Assembly (NCBI GenBank): GCA_965209155.1 | Contig: OZ242383.1 | Location: 1,920,001 to 1,984,000, forward strand | Source: a bacterium | Lineage (GTDB): Bacteria; SAR324; NAC60-12 | Length of the DNA: 64,000 nucleotides | Direction of reading: 5' to 3' | Shown here: positions 39,768 through 50,548 of the stretch, in pieces | How positions within the stretch are numbered: position 1 is the stretch's first letter | Layout: every line of letters begins with the position of its first letter | Notes under the pieces: generated by a model | Told to the model about the DNA's origin: nothing | The model's input: only the letters and a program-made list of their open reading frames with translations | Database searches by the model: none | Made by a program: the position numbers and the translations under genes

Positions 39768-41579
39768 ATGAAATCGAAAATCGCAATGTTTAATCTAAAC
39801 CACAAATCAACCTTCAGTTCAACCCTGTTGGCCCTCATGCTGGTCCTCCTCCTGGGAGGAGCAGGCTTCCTGGGCAGCCCGGCCTGGGCAGCCGAAATAA
39901 AAGGCTTTTCGTCGGAGGCGGCAATGAACGCCGGACCGGAATACGGTGGGACGATTACATACTTGAATGATAGCGGGCAGGGCCCGCCTAACTCGTGGGA
40001 CCCCGTTGACAACCAAGGTACAACAATGCTTCATGTCTCACCGTATCTGGAGACCCTTCTTATTGGAGACTTTGAGAAGTATGGGCCACGCGGCACCAAT
40101 GAGTTTCCGTTCCGAATGATGAGTGGGCATGTTCCTTATCATATGTATAAAGGTCTGTTGGCTGAAAGCTGGACGGTGCCCGATCAGAACACAATTATTT
40201 TCAAAATACGTCAGGGAATCATGTTCCAGGACAAGCCGGGAGTAATGGCAGGAAGGGAACTGACAGCGGAGGATGTAGCTTATAGCTACAATCGCAATCT
40301 ATCGTCAGGAAATATGCTCAGCTTCTATGAGCCGTTCACGACGATAACCGCTACGGATAAGTACACGGTTGAAATCAAGATGTCCTCATGGGTGCCTGAT
40401 TGGACGTGGAAGATAGGAACCTATAGGTTTTATCCGTATCCTCGAGAGCTGGTGGAGGCGGGGATAGGTGACTGGCAGAATCATATTGGGATAGGGACGG
40501 GCCCGTTTATGCTCGAGGACTTCGTGGAAGGTAGCTCGGTAACTTACGTAAAGAACCCCAATTACTGGGACAGTTACGTATACAATGACAAGAACTATGA
40601 GATTCCGTTTGTCGACCGTATCGTAAAAACTCTAATAGAGGAGCCAGCCATCCAGATCGCTTCGTTACGAACAGGGAAGATTGACATGATGAGTGGTGTT
40701 GGCTCTCAGTACGTCCAGACGCTAATGGATACAAGTCCCGAAATAGAGCTTATGGAGGCTTTGGAGCCCAGGGGTTACTTAGTGGGCATGAGGCTGGATA
40801 GAGAGCCCTTTGACGATGCCAGGGTGCGGCTGGCAATGAGCATGGCTATAGATCGACAGGCCGTTATTGACAAAGTATGGGATGGTAAGGGATCTATCCT
40901 GAACTTCCCCTACCATTCAAATTTGCCAGAAACTCTCTATACTCCCCTGGAGAAGCTACCGGGATCAACTCAGGAGCAGTTTGAGTATAACCCGGAGCGT
41001 GCGAGGCAACTGTTAGCCGAAGCGGGTTACTCGAATGGTTTCGAGACCACCATACAAATGGATAATCGGGAGGCTTTATCGGATATAGCTGTATTACTGG
41101 TAGCTTTCTGGAAGGATATCGGAGTCGACGTTTCAATTGACGTGCAGGACCGGACTAGTATGGGTTCCATTCTTAGAACAAAAAAACATGAGCCGGTTAC
41201 TCTGTTTACTCACGGGGGACCAGCTGATCAGTTTTCTCCTTTAAGTGTATACATTTTCCCGAAGTTCGTTTTAAATACATCTTCATCGACAACGAAGTCG
41301 ATCGTGATGGATGACCCTGAATTGCAAGAGCTATACGATCGGGCATTCGGTACAGTGGACGTCGTTGAACAGCAGAAGCTGCTCAAGGAGTTGTCGCAGA
41401 AGATCTTAGCGGGAAATTATTACGCTATTGTGCCAACTGGACATGTAAACCTGGCTCACTGGCCATGGTTAGAGAACTACTACGGCGAAGACGGTGAATC
41501 CGTTGGCGGCCTTCAACGCGGAGTGTTTTCTCGTGTCTGGATCAACAGCGCTTTAAAGCAAGAATTAGGGGGAGAGTAA
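39768..41579 (+). CDS. ABC transporter substrate-binding protein, family 5
   Basis: PEYGGT, GLLAESWTVPD, GTGPF and DARVRLAMSMAIDR motifs; in-frame starts at 39702, 39768 and 39786. Confidence 0.92.
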   Translation: MKSKIAMFNLNHKSTFSSTLLALMLVLLLGGAGFLGSPAWAAEIKGFSSEAAMNAGPEYGGTITYLNDSGQGPPNSWDPVDNQGTTMLHVSPYLETLLIGDFEKYGPRGTNEFPFRMMSGHVPYHMYKGLLAESWTVPDQNTIIFKIRQGIMFQDKPGVMAGRELTAEDVAYSYNRNLSSGNMLSFYEPFTTITATDKYTVEIKMSSWVPDWTWKIGTYRFYPYPRELVEAGIGDWQNHIGIGTGPFMLEDFVEGSSVTYVKNPNYWDSYVYNDKNYEIPFVDRIVKTLIEEPAIQIASLRTGKIDMMSGVGSQYVQTLMDTSPEIELMEALEPRGYLVGMRLDREPFDDARVRLAMSMAIDRQAVIDKVWDGKGSILNFPYHSNLPETLYTPLEKLPGSTQEQFEYNPERARQLLAEAGYSNGFETTIQMDNREALSDIAVLLVAFWKDIGVDVSIDVQDRTSMGSILRTKKHEPVTLFTHGGPADQFSPLSVYIFPKFVLNTSSSTTKSIVMDDPELQELYDRAFGTVDVVEQQKLLKELSQKILAGNYYAIVPTGHVNLAHWPWLENYYGEDGESVGGLQRGVFSRVWINSALKQELGGE

Positions 41580-41610
41580 AGGGAAACCTTAACTAAGGAG
41601 GCAGAGAAGG

Positions 41611-42582
41611 ATGTCTATACTGATTACCGGCGGAACAGGTTGGGTGGGTACTGGCCTGGCGCATAGACTGGTAAAGAGAGGAGAGGACGTCATATTGTTT
41701 GACATCGCTCCGCAAATAGAGCGCGTCGCGGAGATCAAGAACAATGTAAAGTTTGTCCAGGGAGACGCAAAGGTCTGGCCTGAAGTGTTGCATGTCGTCA
41801 AGGAAAACAACGTTGAAGGCATATTGCACCTTACAAGGCCTGAAACCCCTACTCCCTGGGCCGCTTATGAAGGGCATGTCTCCGGAATAATGAATGTCCT
41901 GGAAGCGGCGCGACTCTTCGAGGTTAAGACGGTGTTGTTCACCAGCAGTATGATGACCTACGGGCTGGGAATACCTACTGACACCATCACTGATGAGACA
42001 CTACAACGGCCTGATACCGAGTACGGTGTAACGAAGCTATATGGTGAGCTTATTGGCAGATCCTACCGGAAGAGATTTGACCTTGACTTTCGCTGCATAC
42101 GATACCCCAACATCTTTGGTCCCGGATTTATTCGGCTCCATCTGAAAACTCAGTTTATTGGCTGGATGATTCTAAATGCAGCCCTTGGCAGGCCTGCCGA
42201 ATGTACTGTCAGCGAAGACACCAGGATTCCTGTCATGTACTATGAAGATGCGATGCGGGCCACGCAAATGCTGTATGATGCACCGAAAGAGCAAATTGAG
42301 ACCGTGTGCTATAACATAGTATCGGTATTCCCATCACTAACGGCCAAGGAGGTAGAGCTGGCTATAAAGAAGTTCATTCCGGAAGCTGAATTTACCTATA
42401 AGCCGGACCCCTGGGCCATGAATTATATCCGCAATCTCAATAACATCGATGACAGCCGGGCTCGTGAGGAATGGGGGTGGGAGCCATTGTATGCCGATTT
42501 CGAAAAAGGAGTGGCCGATTTCATCAAAGAAGTAAGATCGAAACCCGAGTACTACAGCCAGGCCGCGTTAGCAAGCGTATAG
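41611..42582 (+). CDS. NAD-dependent epimerase/dehydratase (extended SDR, threonine dehydrogenase-like)
   Basis: TGGTGWVG, YGVTK and DDSRAREEWGW motifs. Confidence 0.85.
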   Translation: MSILITGGTGWVGTGLAHRLVKRGEDVILFDIAPQIERVAEIKNNVKFVQGDAKVWPEVLHVVKENNVEGILHLTRPETPTPWAAYEGHVSGIMNVLEAARLFEVKTVLFTSSMMTYGLGIPTDTITDETLQRPDTEYGVTKLYGELIGRSYRKRFDLDFRCIRYPNIFGPGFIRLHLKTQFIGWMILNAALGRPAECTVSEDTRIPVMYYEDAMRATQMLYDAPKEQIETVCYNIVSVFPSLTAKEVELAIKKFIPEAEFTYKPDPWAMNYIRNLNNIDDSRAREEWGWEPLYADFEKGVADFIKEVRSKPEYYSQAALASV

Positions 42583-42633
42583 CTAGAGTGCGACCCGAGA
42601 CCAGGATGAATTGCAAGGAGATACAAAAGAGGG

Positions 42634-43617
42634 ATGCAAACCTACATAATCAGAAGAGTCCTCCTGATTATACCCACTCTATTGGTGGCGAGTCTCGTAG
42701 TGTTCTTCCTTATTCGATCTATTCCCGGCGATATAGTGAGCCAGATGGAAGCTCAGCATATCGGGATTTTTACAGATGCGGACGAAGCGGCTATCAGACA
42801 GCGCCTGGGACTGGATTCGCCGATCCTGGTACAATACGGACGCTGGATAGGAGTTGTGCCGGACCAGCATGGCTCTTTTTCCGGACTTTTGCAAGGCAAC
42901 CTTGGATTATCCCTATGGCGCCAGCTACCTGTGACGAGGATCATACTCACCAGATTGCCAGTAACCCTTGAGCATGGTGCCTTGTCTATAGTCATAGCGG
43001 TACTGATAGCCGTACCTATAGGTACCTACTCAGCGATACGGCAGGACACCTTTGGCGACTTTATCGCGCGCAGCTTTGGTATTTTCGCTCTCGCTGTACC
43101 CACTTTCTGGATAGGGACGTTGGTAGTAGTCTTCCCCTCGCTTTGGTGGGGTTGGTCTCCGTCGATAAAGCTGATCAAGTTCACGGATGACCCGCTGGGG
43201 AACCTGGGGATGTTCATCATTCCGTCTCTTGTTTTGGGCATGGCTATGGCGGGGGTAACCATGAGGATGACGCGAACCATGATGCTGGAGGTGCTCAGGC
43301 AAGACTATATCCGGACGGCTTGGTCGAAGGGGCTCAAGGAGAGGATGGTAATCCTCCGACATGCTCTTCCAAACGCCCTCATTCCGGTGGTCACCATCAT
43401 AGGATTGTTGTTACCTGTCGTGGTGGGGGGGTCTGTTATCACAGAGCAGATATTCGGCTTACCCGGCCTGGGTACTTTAATGCTACTGGCCATCAACGAT
43501 AGAGACTACACCATAGTCTCCGGCATAATGATGTTTGTGGCTGTCTTTCAGTTGCTGGCCAATCTGGTTGTTGACCTGACCTACGGTTTTCTTAACCCGA
43601 TGGTTCGGTATAAGTAA
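42634..43617 (+). CDS. OppB/DppB-type ABC permease
   Basis: YIIRR and QDYIRTAWSKGL...RHAL motifs. Confidence 0.93.
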   Translation: MQTYIIRRVLLIIPTLLVASLVVFFLIRSIPGDIVSQMEAQHIGIFTDADEAAIRQRLGLDSPILVQYGRWIGVVPDQHGSFSGLLQGNLGLSLWRQLPVTRIILTRLPVTLEHGALSIVIAVLIAVPIGTYSAIRQDTFGDFIARSFGIFALAVPTFWIGTLVVVFPSLWWGWSPSIKLIKFTDDPLGNLGMFIIPSLVLGMAMAGVTMRMTRTMMLEVLRQDYIRTAWSKGLKERMVILRHALPNALIPVVTIIGLLLPVVVGGSVITEQIFGLPGLGTLMLLAINDRDYTIVSGIMMFVAVFQLLANLVVDLTYGFLNPMVRYK

Positions 43618-43618
43618 T

Positions 43619-44572
43619 ATGAGTGACACCCAAGAGATACCAACCGTAGCCAGCGAGAAGAGACGGACAGGTCTGGCATCTTTCTTTGTCAGGCTGGTCA
43701 AGGAGAAGCCCGTGGGGGCCTTCTTTGGGATGATCGTCTTGCTCTTTCTTCTTACTGGTATTTTTGCCGATTGGCTGGCGCCTTACGGAATAAACGAAAG
43801 TCACCCTATAGATCGCCTGCTTCCCCCATCAACCCAGTATTTCTTCGGTGTGGATAACCTGGGGCGGGATATCTTCAGTCGTGTTATCTTTGGGGCTCGT
43901 ATCTCGATGATTGTAGGTATAGCTGCTGGTACGATGTCTATACTTGTTGCCTCGTTGATAGGTGTTCTTTCCGGGTATTTCGGCGGTAAGTTCGATATGG
44001 TGGTGCAGCGCTTTGTGGATGGCTGGATTTGCTTTCCCTCGTTGATCCTTTACCTTGCCGCTATGTCTATAGTGGGACCAGGGATGTGGCAGGTGATTAT
44101 TGCCATAGGGTTGGTACAAGGTATCGATGCTTCAAGGATAATGAGAAGCGCAGTTATCAACATTAGAGAGAATATGTATGTAAATGCGGCGGTGGCTATT
44201 GGCAGTCCGACTACGAAAACAATCGCCCGGCATATCCTGCCCAATACTATGCCTGCTATGATCATCTTATTTTCGACACAGGTGCCGATTGCAATTTTAT
44301 CTGAAGCCGCCCTCAGCTTCCTTGGTTTTGGCATCCCCCCTCCGCAGCCTAGTTGGGGAGGGATGCTCACTGGCTCCGGACGCTCCTATATGTTCCGAGC
44401 TCCTTGGATGGCCCTATGGCCTGGTCTGGCTATCAGTATTGTAGCCTACAGCATCAATATGTTTGGTGATGCGGTGAGGGACCTGCTGGACCCCAAGCTC
44501 AGGGGCAGCGTCGGGGGTCTCGGTGGCCACGGTGCGAAGTTGGCTAAAAAAGCTAAGGCTCGTCACATATAA
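43619..44572 (+). CDS. OppC/DppC-type ABC permease
   Basis: DNLGRDIFSR..FGAR, HILPN, PPPQPSWG and GDAVRDLLDP motifs. Confidence 0.93.
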   Translation: MSDTQEIPTVASEKRRTGLASFFVRLVKEKPVGAFFGMIVLLFLLTGIFADWLAPYGINESHPIDRLLPPSTQYFFGVDNLGRDIFSRVIFGARISMIVGIAAGTMSILVASLIGVLSGYFGGKFDMVVQRFVDGWICFPSLILYLAAMSIVGPGMWQVIIAIGLVQGIDASRIMRSAVINIRENMYVNAAVAIGSPTTKTIARHILPNTMPAMIILFSTQVPIAILSEAALSFLGFGIPPPQPSWGGMLTGSGRSYMFRAPWMALWPGLAISIVAYSINMFGDAVRDLLDPKLRGSVGGLGGHGAKLAKKAKARHI

Positions 44573-44927
44573 AATCCAGGGACAGTTACGAAAATAAATC
44601 ACGAAAACCAGATCCGAAATTAGCGGGGATCAGAATCTTTCTCCTGGTGGAGAGCACGCAGCCGTTCGACTTCCGCAAGCGCTTTTTCTTCACGCTCATG
44701 AAACTCGACTTCCTCATTGTTCGCTTTTGTTGATTTTCCTTCTCAAGTCGTTCTTGAATGACTGTCTTGAGCGAAGGTATTGGTGCTTGAACGGTTTTCC
44801 ATTTACTTTATCATTTTTTTGTGATGCTTGCCATCAATCAATAGCCCCTTGAGGTCTCCTCGCATTGCTTTTAAATCGGAGCAAAACGCGCTGTGTTAAG
44901 GCTCCGGTTGATTGACTTGTTAGCACT

Positions 44928-45248
44928 TTATATTGATAACTGTGCGATATGGGATAAGGTTTCTGGATAGTTTTTCACCAGATGTAGTAAGGTTATTGCT
45001 TGTTCATTGGGCCTGCTTCGACCCTGCTCCCAGTTTTCCAAAGTTCGACTCGAAGTGTGTAAATATCTGGCGAAGACCTGCCTTGACATATTCAGCCGAT
45101 GTCGGATACTTTTAATTTCACTCGGGGTTATTGTCAAATCGACAGGTTGTTCCAGCTGATGGGTCTTCAGCGTTAATTTACCCTCATCATGCTTCTTTGC
45201 CTCAGATAAAGCAGCGTGCAACTCATCATACAAATTACGTTTGCTCAT
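44928..45248 (-). CDS. higA: HigA-type XRE HTH antitoxin
   Basis: MSRQVFA...TLENWEQGR; lies downstream of and overlaps the toxin gene. Confidence 0.85.
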   Translation of the reverse strand: MSKRNLYDELHAALSEAKKHDEGKLTLKTHQLEQPVDLTITPSEIKSIRHRLNMSRQVFARYLHTSSRTLENWEQGRSRPNEQAITLLHLVKNYPETLSHIAQLSI

Positions 45249-45567
45249 TTCGCCATTTCTCCATCAATGTTTTCAGTTGTTTCTTTTCAGTCGAAGTTAA
45301 ATCGGTCACTTCATTTTTGGTATAAATGGTCAGTAAGTAGAATCGACTCTTAGCATCCAGGAAATAATAAATAATTCGCGCTCCACCTCTTTTCCCTTTG
45401 CCTTTCGTTCCAAAGCGAACTTTTCTTAAACCTCCACTCCCCTGGATCACTGTGCCAATTTCAGGTTGAGCTAAAAGCATTTGCTGTAACTCTCTAAATT
45501 CATCATCAGACAAGTAATCCGGTCGAAGTTTCTCAAATAATCGTGATTCTACAAAGAGAGCATTCAT
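45235..45567 (-). CDS. higB: HigB/RelE-family toxin
   Basis: GSGGLRKVR, KGKRGGARIIYY and YTKNE motifs. Confidence 0.88.
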   Translation of the reverse strand: MNALFVESRLFEKLRPDYLSDDEFRELQQMLLAQPEIGTVIQGSGGLRKVRFGTKGKGKRGGARIIYYFLDAKSRFYLLTIYTKNEVTDLTSTEKKQLKTLMEKWRNEQT

Positions 45568-45727
45568 GCTTTGAATATACGCATATTACGTATAGATAAC
45601 AAGGCGAATTTCGATGGTGCCACCGAGCAAGTCGCTGTCTCGTTTCTGTATAATTTGATATTTTGAAAACCGTTTGACAAGCCATAGGGGGATCCGGTAC
45701 CATTTTCCAACTAGATAATATCTCAGT

Positions 45728-47128
45728 TACTATGTAAATCAGACAGTCTCCGATGGTTGTGATATTAAATAGTTTCAGCAAAAACTAACAACCATCTTTT
45801 AGGAGACTGCTATGAAAAAGATTAACATTGAATCATTATTAGGCCAAACCATTTATATAGGAATCGACGTGCATAAAAAAACCTTTCATGTCACCATTCG
45901 GAGCTTTGATTGCGAGTTGAGCAGTCAATCCATTCCAGCGAGTTGGTCGGCCTTAAAAAAACTTTTGAATCCTTTCAAATCATTGGAGATGAAAGTGGTC
46001 TATGAAGCCGGTTATTGTGGCTACTGGCTCTCTCGTCATCTGAGCCATTGGGGGGTGGATTGTTTGGTCACCCCTCCCAGTTTGATTCCTCAAGAGTCAG
46101 GTAATCGAGTAAAAACCGATCGCAAAGACAGCAAGAAATTAGCCTTTTATCTTTCCAGAGATTTGCTCAAAAGTGTTTATGTTCCGAGTGAAGCTAATTT
46201 GCAGCAACGCAAACTCATTCGCCATCGTCGTCAACTCATGGGCAATCGAGTTCGTGTTCAAAATCGCATCAAAGCCGAGTTAAGTTTTCATGGACAAAAG
46301 CTCTCCAGCGACCAAGGTTCTTGGACTCAAAGTTTTTTATTGGAATTAACAAACTTGGCTCAAAGCGACTCTCGCTTTGGTTTGAGTATGCAAATGCTTC
46401 TGGAAGAATTCCATTTTCTCCAAGAGCAAATTCTTCGTCTGACTCAAGCCATTCGACAACTGGCCAAGAGCCCTCAACACCAACTCAACGTTCAGTTTTT
46501 AAGATCCATCCCCGGAGTGGGTTTGCTCACAGCGATGACCTTTTTATTAGAATTGGAAGATCTCACGCGTTTTGCTCAAAGTGATCAAATCGCCGCTTAT
46601 GTGGGCTTAACCCCTTCTCAGTTTTCCAGTTCTGATCAGATTCGCATGGGCCATATTACTCGTTCCGGCAAAGCCGATCTGCGTGGAATGTTGGTGGAAG
46701 CGGCTTGGACTCTGGTGCGTAAAGATCCTTATTTTAAAACCAAATATCAACGCTTGGCTTGCCGCATCGGAGGCAAACGGGCCATTGTGGCCATCGCTCG
46801 TAAACTGGTGATTTTGGCTAGGAGGTTAATCCTCGATCAAACACCTTATCAACCTCCTGTGCTCCAAGTGGTTTAAACAAAAACAGAGCCTTGAGATTCA
46901 TCTACTAGAAAGCAACAACCAAGAAATTTGAAAAAGTTCAACACCTCATTATCGAAGTTCCTGGAGTATGGCGGTGTCATTCTTGTTGACTCCGATCATC
47001 GTCGCTCAGTATGCCAACTCCTTTCATGAAAATGACTTCGAAAAAGTAACTTGTCGGCCTTTGGGACCACGAATAGTAGACTGGTTAGAATTTTTTTCAT
47101 AACTATCTTGACATATGATTTCATAGTA
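45728..47128 (+). mobile_element. IS110-family element, IS1111-like organisation
   Basis: Subterminal inverted repeats tactatgtaaatca / tgatttcatagta; ~250-bp non-coding region 3' of the transposase; TTGACA near the right end. Outer ends approximate. Confidence 0.75.
45812..46876 (+). CDS. IS110-family transposase (DEDD recombinase)
   Basis: GIDVHK, YEAG, KTDRKD, SIPGVG, AYVGLTP...SS and AIVAIARKL motifs. Confidence 0.95.
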   Translation: MKKINIESLLGQTIYIGIDVHKKTFHVTIRSFDCELSSQSIPASWSALKKLLNPFKSLEMKVVYEAGYCGYWLSRHLSHWGVDCLVTPPSLIPQESGNRVKTDRKDSKKLAFYLSRDLLKSVYVPSEANLQQRKLIRHRRQLMGNRVRVQNRIKAELSFHGQKLSSDQGSWTQSFLLELTNLAQSDSRFGLSMQMLLEEFHFLQEQILRLTQAIRQLAKSPQHQLNVQFLRSIPGVGLLTAMTFLLELEDLTRFAQSDQIAAYVGLTPSQFSSSDQIRMGHITRSGKADLRGMLVEAAWTLVRKDPYFKTKYQRLACRIGGKRAIVAIARKLVILARRLILDQTPYQPPVLQVV

Positions 47129-47241
47129 GAATGACAGGTTATACAGAAAAATGGATAGTTCATGATAAAGCTCCCTTCTCAAATTTAAGCATATTTGAAT
47201 CGGTTTTAGAGCAGCATGCCATTCCGCTGGCGGAGCGTGCC

Positions 47242-47679
47242 TCGACTTCCCCCCTTGAGGCTCTTCAAGAAGCCTGTCAACTCTTTGAAAAAGAACGAGA
47301 GCAGTGGAAGCAAGAGCGCTTAGAATTCTGATTTACCTCCCTGGCAAAGCGTTTACGATCATTATCGCCATTGGAAAAAACACTGGATTGTGGAGTGAAC
47401 CTTCGCTTTTTGGCTCATGATCATAAAGAAGCGGATCTCCCTGATTGATAGATTTTTAATTTTTTTTACGAATCTTGCATTTTTTTTTTTAATTTGGGGT
47501 TGACATTATGCAAGTAGTAGTAGTGCTAAAATCATACCATCACTAAGTTGTTTTAGTGAAAAAAGGGTTCCCGATCGATGGAACAATATCGTGGGAGGAC
47601 TTGAAAACGATCGGTCCTCTCCGGGAATCTTTTTAATGATATTTAACTGAACGGGTTTTTCAGAGACCTGAATAGTTAC
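47242..47679 (+). mobile_element. IS66 remnant (5' transposase scrap plus right end)
   Basis: LEALQEACQLFEKEREQWKQERL joined to the right-end repeat. Confidence 0.8.
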
Positions 47680-47854
47680 CAAATGTTAAAGAATTTCTGC
47701 TGGTTTTTCTTTTTTGATAGATTTCAAGAAATCGCTGCAGGGTTGACCTTGGGTGCTACCAAAGAATAATCCGCTTGCCTCCCATGGCTTTTCCGAAAAA
47801 AGAGACCGACAAAATAATTATCTGGAATACTATAAGACAGTCAATGAATAGAGG

Positions 47855-48043
47855 GAACTCTTCCATTTTCTCCAACCGCGTATGGCTCACTTCATGCTGC
47901 CCAGATTCATTCGGATTGTCGACGAATTGCCCAAAACCCCCACCCAGAAAGTACAAAAAAATCTGCTCAAAACGGCAGGAATCACTCCCGATACTTGGGA
48001 TCGGGAGTCTGTAGGAATCAAAGTAAAGCGAGAAAAGATATGA
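47855..48043 (+). pseudogene. C-terminal fragment of an acyl-CoA ligase (CaiC-like)
   Basis: Hand translation RMAHFMLPRFIRIVDELPKTPTQKVQK...TWDRE. Confidence 0.75.
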
Positions 48044-48046
48044 CTG

Positions 48047-48376
48047 AGGAGGGTCTTCGTCGAAAAGGCCGACTTCATTTCAAGCGTCGGATATCTGAAT
48101 GGCGGCGACTCCAGGGAAAAGGCAGGCCTCCCACCAAAGCAGGCGATCAAGGTTTACTCTAACCTGGCTGCCTTAGACTTTGAAGAGACGACCAAACAGA
48201 TGCGACTGGTTTCGGTGCATCCCGGCGTCTCTGTTGAGCGTGTCAAGGAGAACACGGGATTTGACTTGGTCATACCGGAGAAAGTCCCTGAGACTGAGCG
48301 GCCCACCGAGCAAGAAGTCGACATGATCAGGAACCAGATAGACCCCAACGGGATATACCTGACCTTCAAGGACTAA
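48047..48376 (+). pseudogene. C-terminal fragment of a CoA-transferase beta subunit (GctB-like)
   Basis: Hand translation FVEKADFISSVG...MRLVSVHPGVSVERVKENTGFDL. Confidence 0.75.
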
Positions 48377-48415
48377 GAAGCTGTTTTAAAAACCCTAAAA
48401 TTGCCATAAATGTCT

Positions 48416-48450
48416 CCCCTCCCTTGAAGGGAGGGGTTGGGGGAGGGTGA
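48416..48450. repeat. GC-rich palindrome (cccctcccttgaagggagggg), REP-like
   Basis: Intergenic hairpin; single copy in this window. Confidence 0.45.
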
Positions 48451-48690
48451 GGGATTCGCCGATTAACTCGGTTTTTCCTAATTTGCAAGCTTGACCCCGA
48501 AATCGAAATTTGATATTCCTACTATTTGGCCATACGGAGTATTGGAGCCGGCTGAAATGCATTTTTTTCTTGACCTTTCAGCTAGTGAATGACTTTATTT
48601 AGGTCCCAATCCTTCATTGGAAAACTGAAACGGTAAAATAAATTCTTAAACGAATGCATCGTAAAAATTAATGATTATAAAGGGTTTTAT

Positions 48691-49485
48691 ATGACAAAAT
48701 TGTTTGATCTCACAGGTAAGGTTTCTATTGTTACCGGGGGGAATGGTGGGATAGGAAGAGCCATCGCAATAGGACTTGCTGACCATGGTTCAGATATTGT
48801 CATCGCGGCACGAAATGAAAAGAAAACAGAAGAGGTTGTCAAACAAATACTTTCCGTTGGAAGACGCTGTATTGGTGTTCAATGTGATGTGCTTCAGAGA
48901 AGTGATATCATCAACACAATCGAGGTTGCTGAGAATGAACTAGGAGGTCTCAACATACTCGTGAACAACGCAGGAATTGGACAGGGAGGAGAACCGCCTC
49001 AGGAGATTGCATTAGAATGGTGGCAGCAAGTCATCGACACTAACCTGACAGCCCCTTTTGTCTTTTCACAAGCAGCCTACCCTGCTTTAGTCAAATGCGG
49101 AGGAGGAAAGATTATCAATATAGGTTCGGGTTATTCAATCAAGGCTGCTGCCGGAAATGCACCCTATGCTGCCAGTAAAGCTGGATTGTGGAACATGACC
49201 CGGTCTCTGGCACTGGATTGGGGCGAGGACAATATTCAGGTCAACATGATTTTACCTGGATGGATTCGAACAGAGATGGCCTCAGAACCCTTGGGAGACA
49301 TCAAGCGAAAAAACAAAATTATTTCTGAAACTCCAGCCGGCAGGGTAGGGGAACCTGAAGACATAACCGGAGCGGCTGTCTTTCTTGCTTCCGGAGCATC
49401 AGACTTTGTCACTGGGAAATACCTCCAAGTGGAAGGAGGAAGACATGCAGGAGATATGGCATGGCCTCCCAAAACTAAAGGATGA
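48691..49485 (+). CDS. SDR family oxidoreductase (KduD/Gno-like)
   Basis: TGGNGGIG, NNAG and YAASK motifs. Confidence 0.9.
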   Translation: MTKLFDLTGKVSIVTGGNGGIGRAIAIGLADHGSDIVIAARNEKKTEEVVKQILSVGRRCIGVQCDVLQRSDIINTIEVAENELGGLNILVNNAGIGQGGEPPQEIALEWWQQVIDTNLTAPFVFSQAAYPALVKCGGGKIINIGSGYSIKAAAGNAPYAASKAGLWNMTRSLALDWGEDNIQVNMILPGWIRTEMASEPLGDIKRKNKIISETPAGRVGEPEDITGAAVFLASGASDFVTGKYLQVEGGRHAGDMAWPPKTKG

Positions 49486-49680
49486 GATATCAATCTTATT
49501 GACCTGCCCCCTTTACTGAAAAATTACTGAAACGCCCTAAAAGAATCATTCACTAGCGAGAATGCAAAGAAAGAGATCGAAAGGGGTCAAATCATTTTTC
49601 GCTAGCGTTTTGTTGGAACTGGATGCAAATCAGATTCGTTGCCAAACTTATACGGTACTAAAAACGCAGCGACAAAATCA

Positions 49681-50043
49681 TTAAAGTGGGATATGCACTA
49701 TCTGATCTTGATATTCATCTACATCTGAAGCCTCCCATATTAACAATAAGTCATCAATGATCTCTCCCATTGATGCATTGGGACGTATTTCGAATACTCC
49801 TGGGACATGATTTCCTTGTGATAAATGATCTTTCAAATGTTGCGGCATAGATTTTCTATTTCGAGTAATCAAACTAAATCCTTCTTTTTCAAGCCAAATC
49901 AAAATTTTAGGATCAAGTGTTCCAAGAGGAGGAGCCTTTTCATCACCAATATTGTAGATGATAATTTTGGGTTGAATTCTACGCAATTGATCAGCAATTG
50001 CTGGTGCCGTGTTCTCATCCACAAGATAGCATCGCTCACTCAT
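49681..50043 (-). CDS. DUF5615 PIN-like toxin
   Basis: YLVDEN, ITRNR and HVPGV motifs; coupled to the DUF433 gene. Confidence 0.75.
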   Translation of the reverse strand: MSERCYLVDENTAPAIADQLRRIQPKIIIYNIGDEKAPPLGTLDPKILIWLEKEGFSLITRNRKSMPQHLKDHLSQGNHVPGVFEIRPNASMGEIIDDLLLIWEASDVDEYQDQIVHIPL

Positions 50044-50390
50044 ATTGCGATACCTTTTATCTGGGCCTGCCTTTCCAATTTAAGTTTTCGCAGACGACTT
50101 ACTCCAGGAGATGGATTTTGTTGTTGTTCTTGCCAAGATTCTTCAGCATATTTTCTCCATCGCTCCATATACTGATCAACTTCTCTTTTGTTGTGGAAAT
50201 AATAAGTCAGAGTCCCATAGACTTGTTCGAGAGACAATGCCCGATAACGAATGGCTATTTCTTCTGGGCTAGAAGCATTAAAATAATCCTCCAACACTGT
50301 TTCTATACCGATCCTCGTACCTTTTAAGCGAATGTCATCTTCACTCAAGAAATCAAAATAATCCTCTAGCTTAATTCGAGCATTTTCCAT
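50040..50390 (-). CDS. DUF433 antitoxin
   Basis: IRLKGTRI and SPEEIA..Y..LSLEQVY motifs. Confidence 0.8.
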   Translation of the reverse strand: MENARIKLEDYFDFLSEDDIRLKGTRIGIETVLEDYFNASSPEEIAIRYRALSLEQVYGTLTYYFHNKREVDQYMERWRKYAEESWQEQQQNPSPGVSRLRKLKLERQAQIKGIAI

Positions 50391-50548
50391 AGTACCCTTA
50401 ATACTTTCAGGATAAGACAATAAATCGTTCAAATAATATCTTTTATTTTATCACTAATTTAAAGAATTTCGTAACTATTTAGGTTACTTTAGAGCCCCCT
50501 TCAATTTAAGCACAGGTTTTGCACGGCATAAAGTCCAGGAAGGACATT

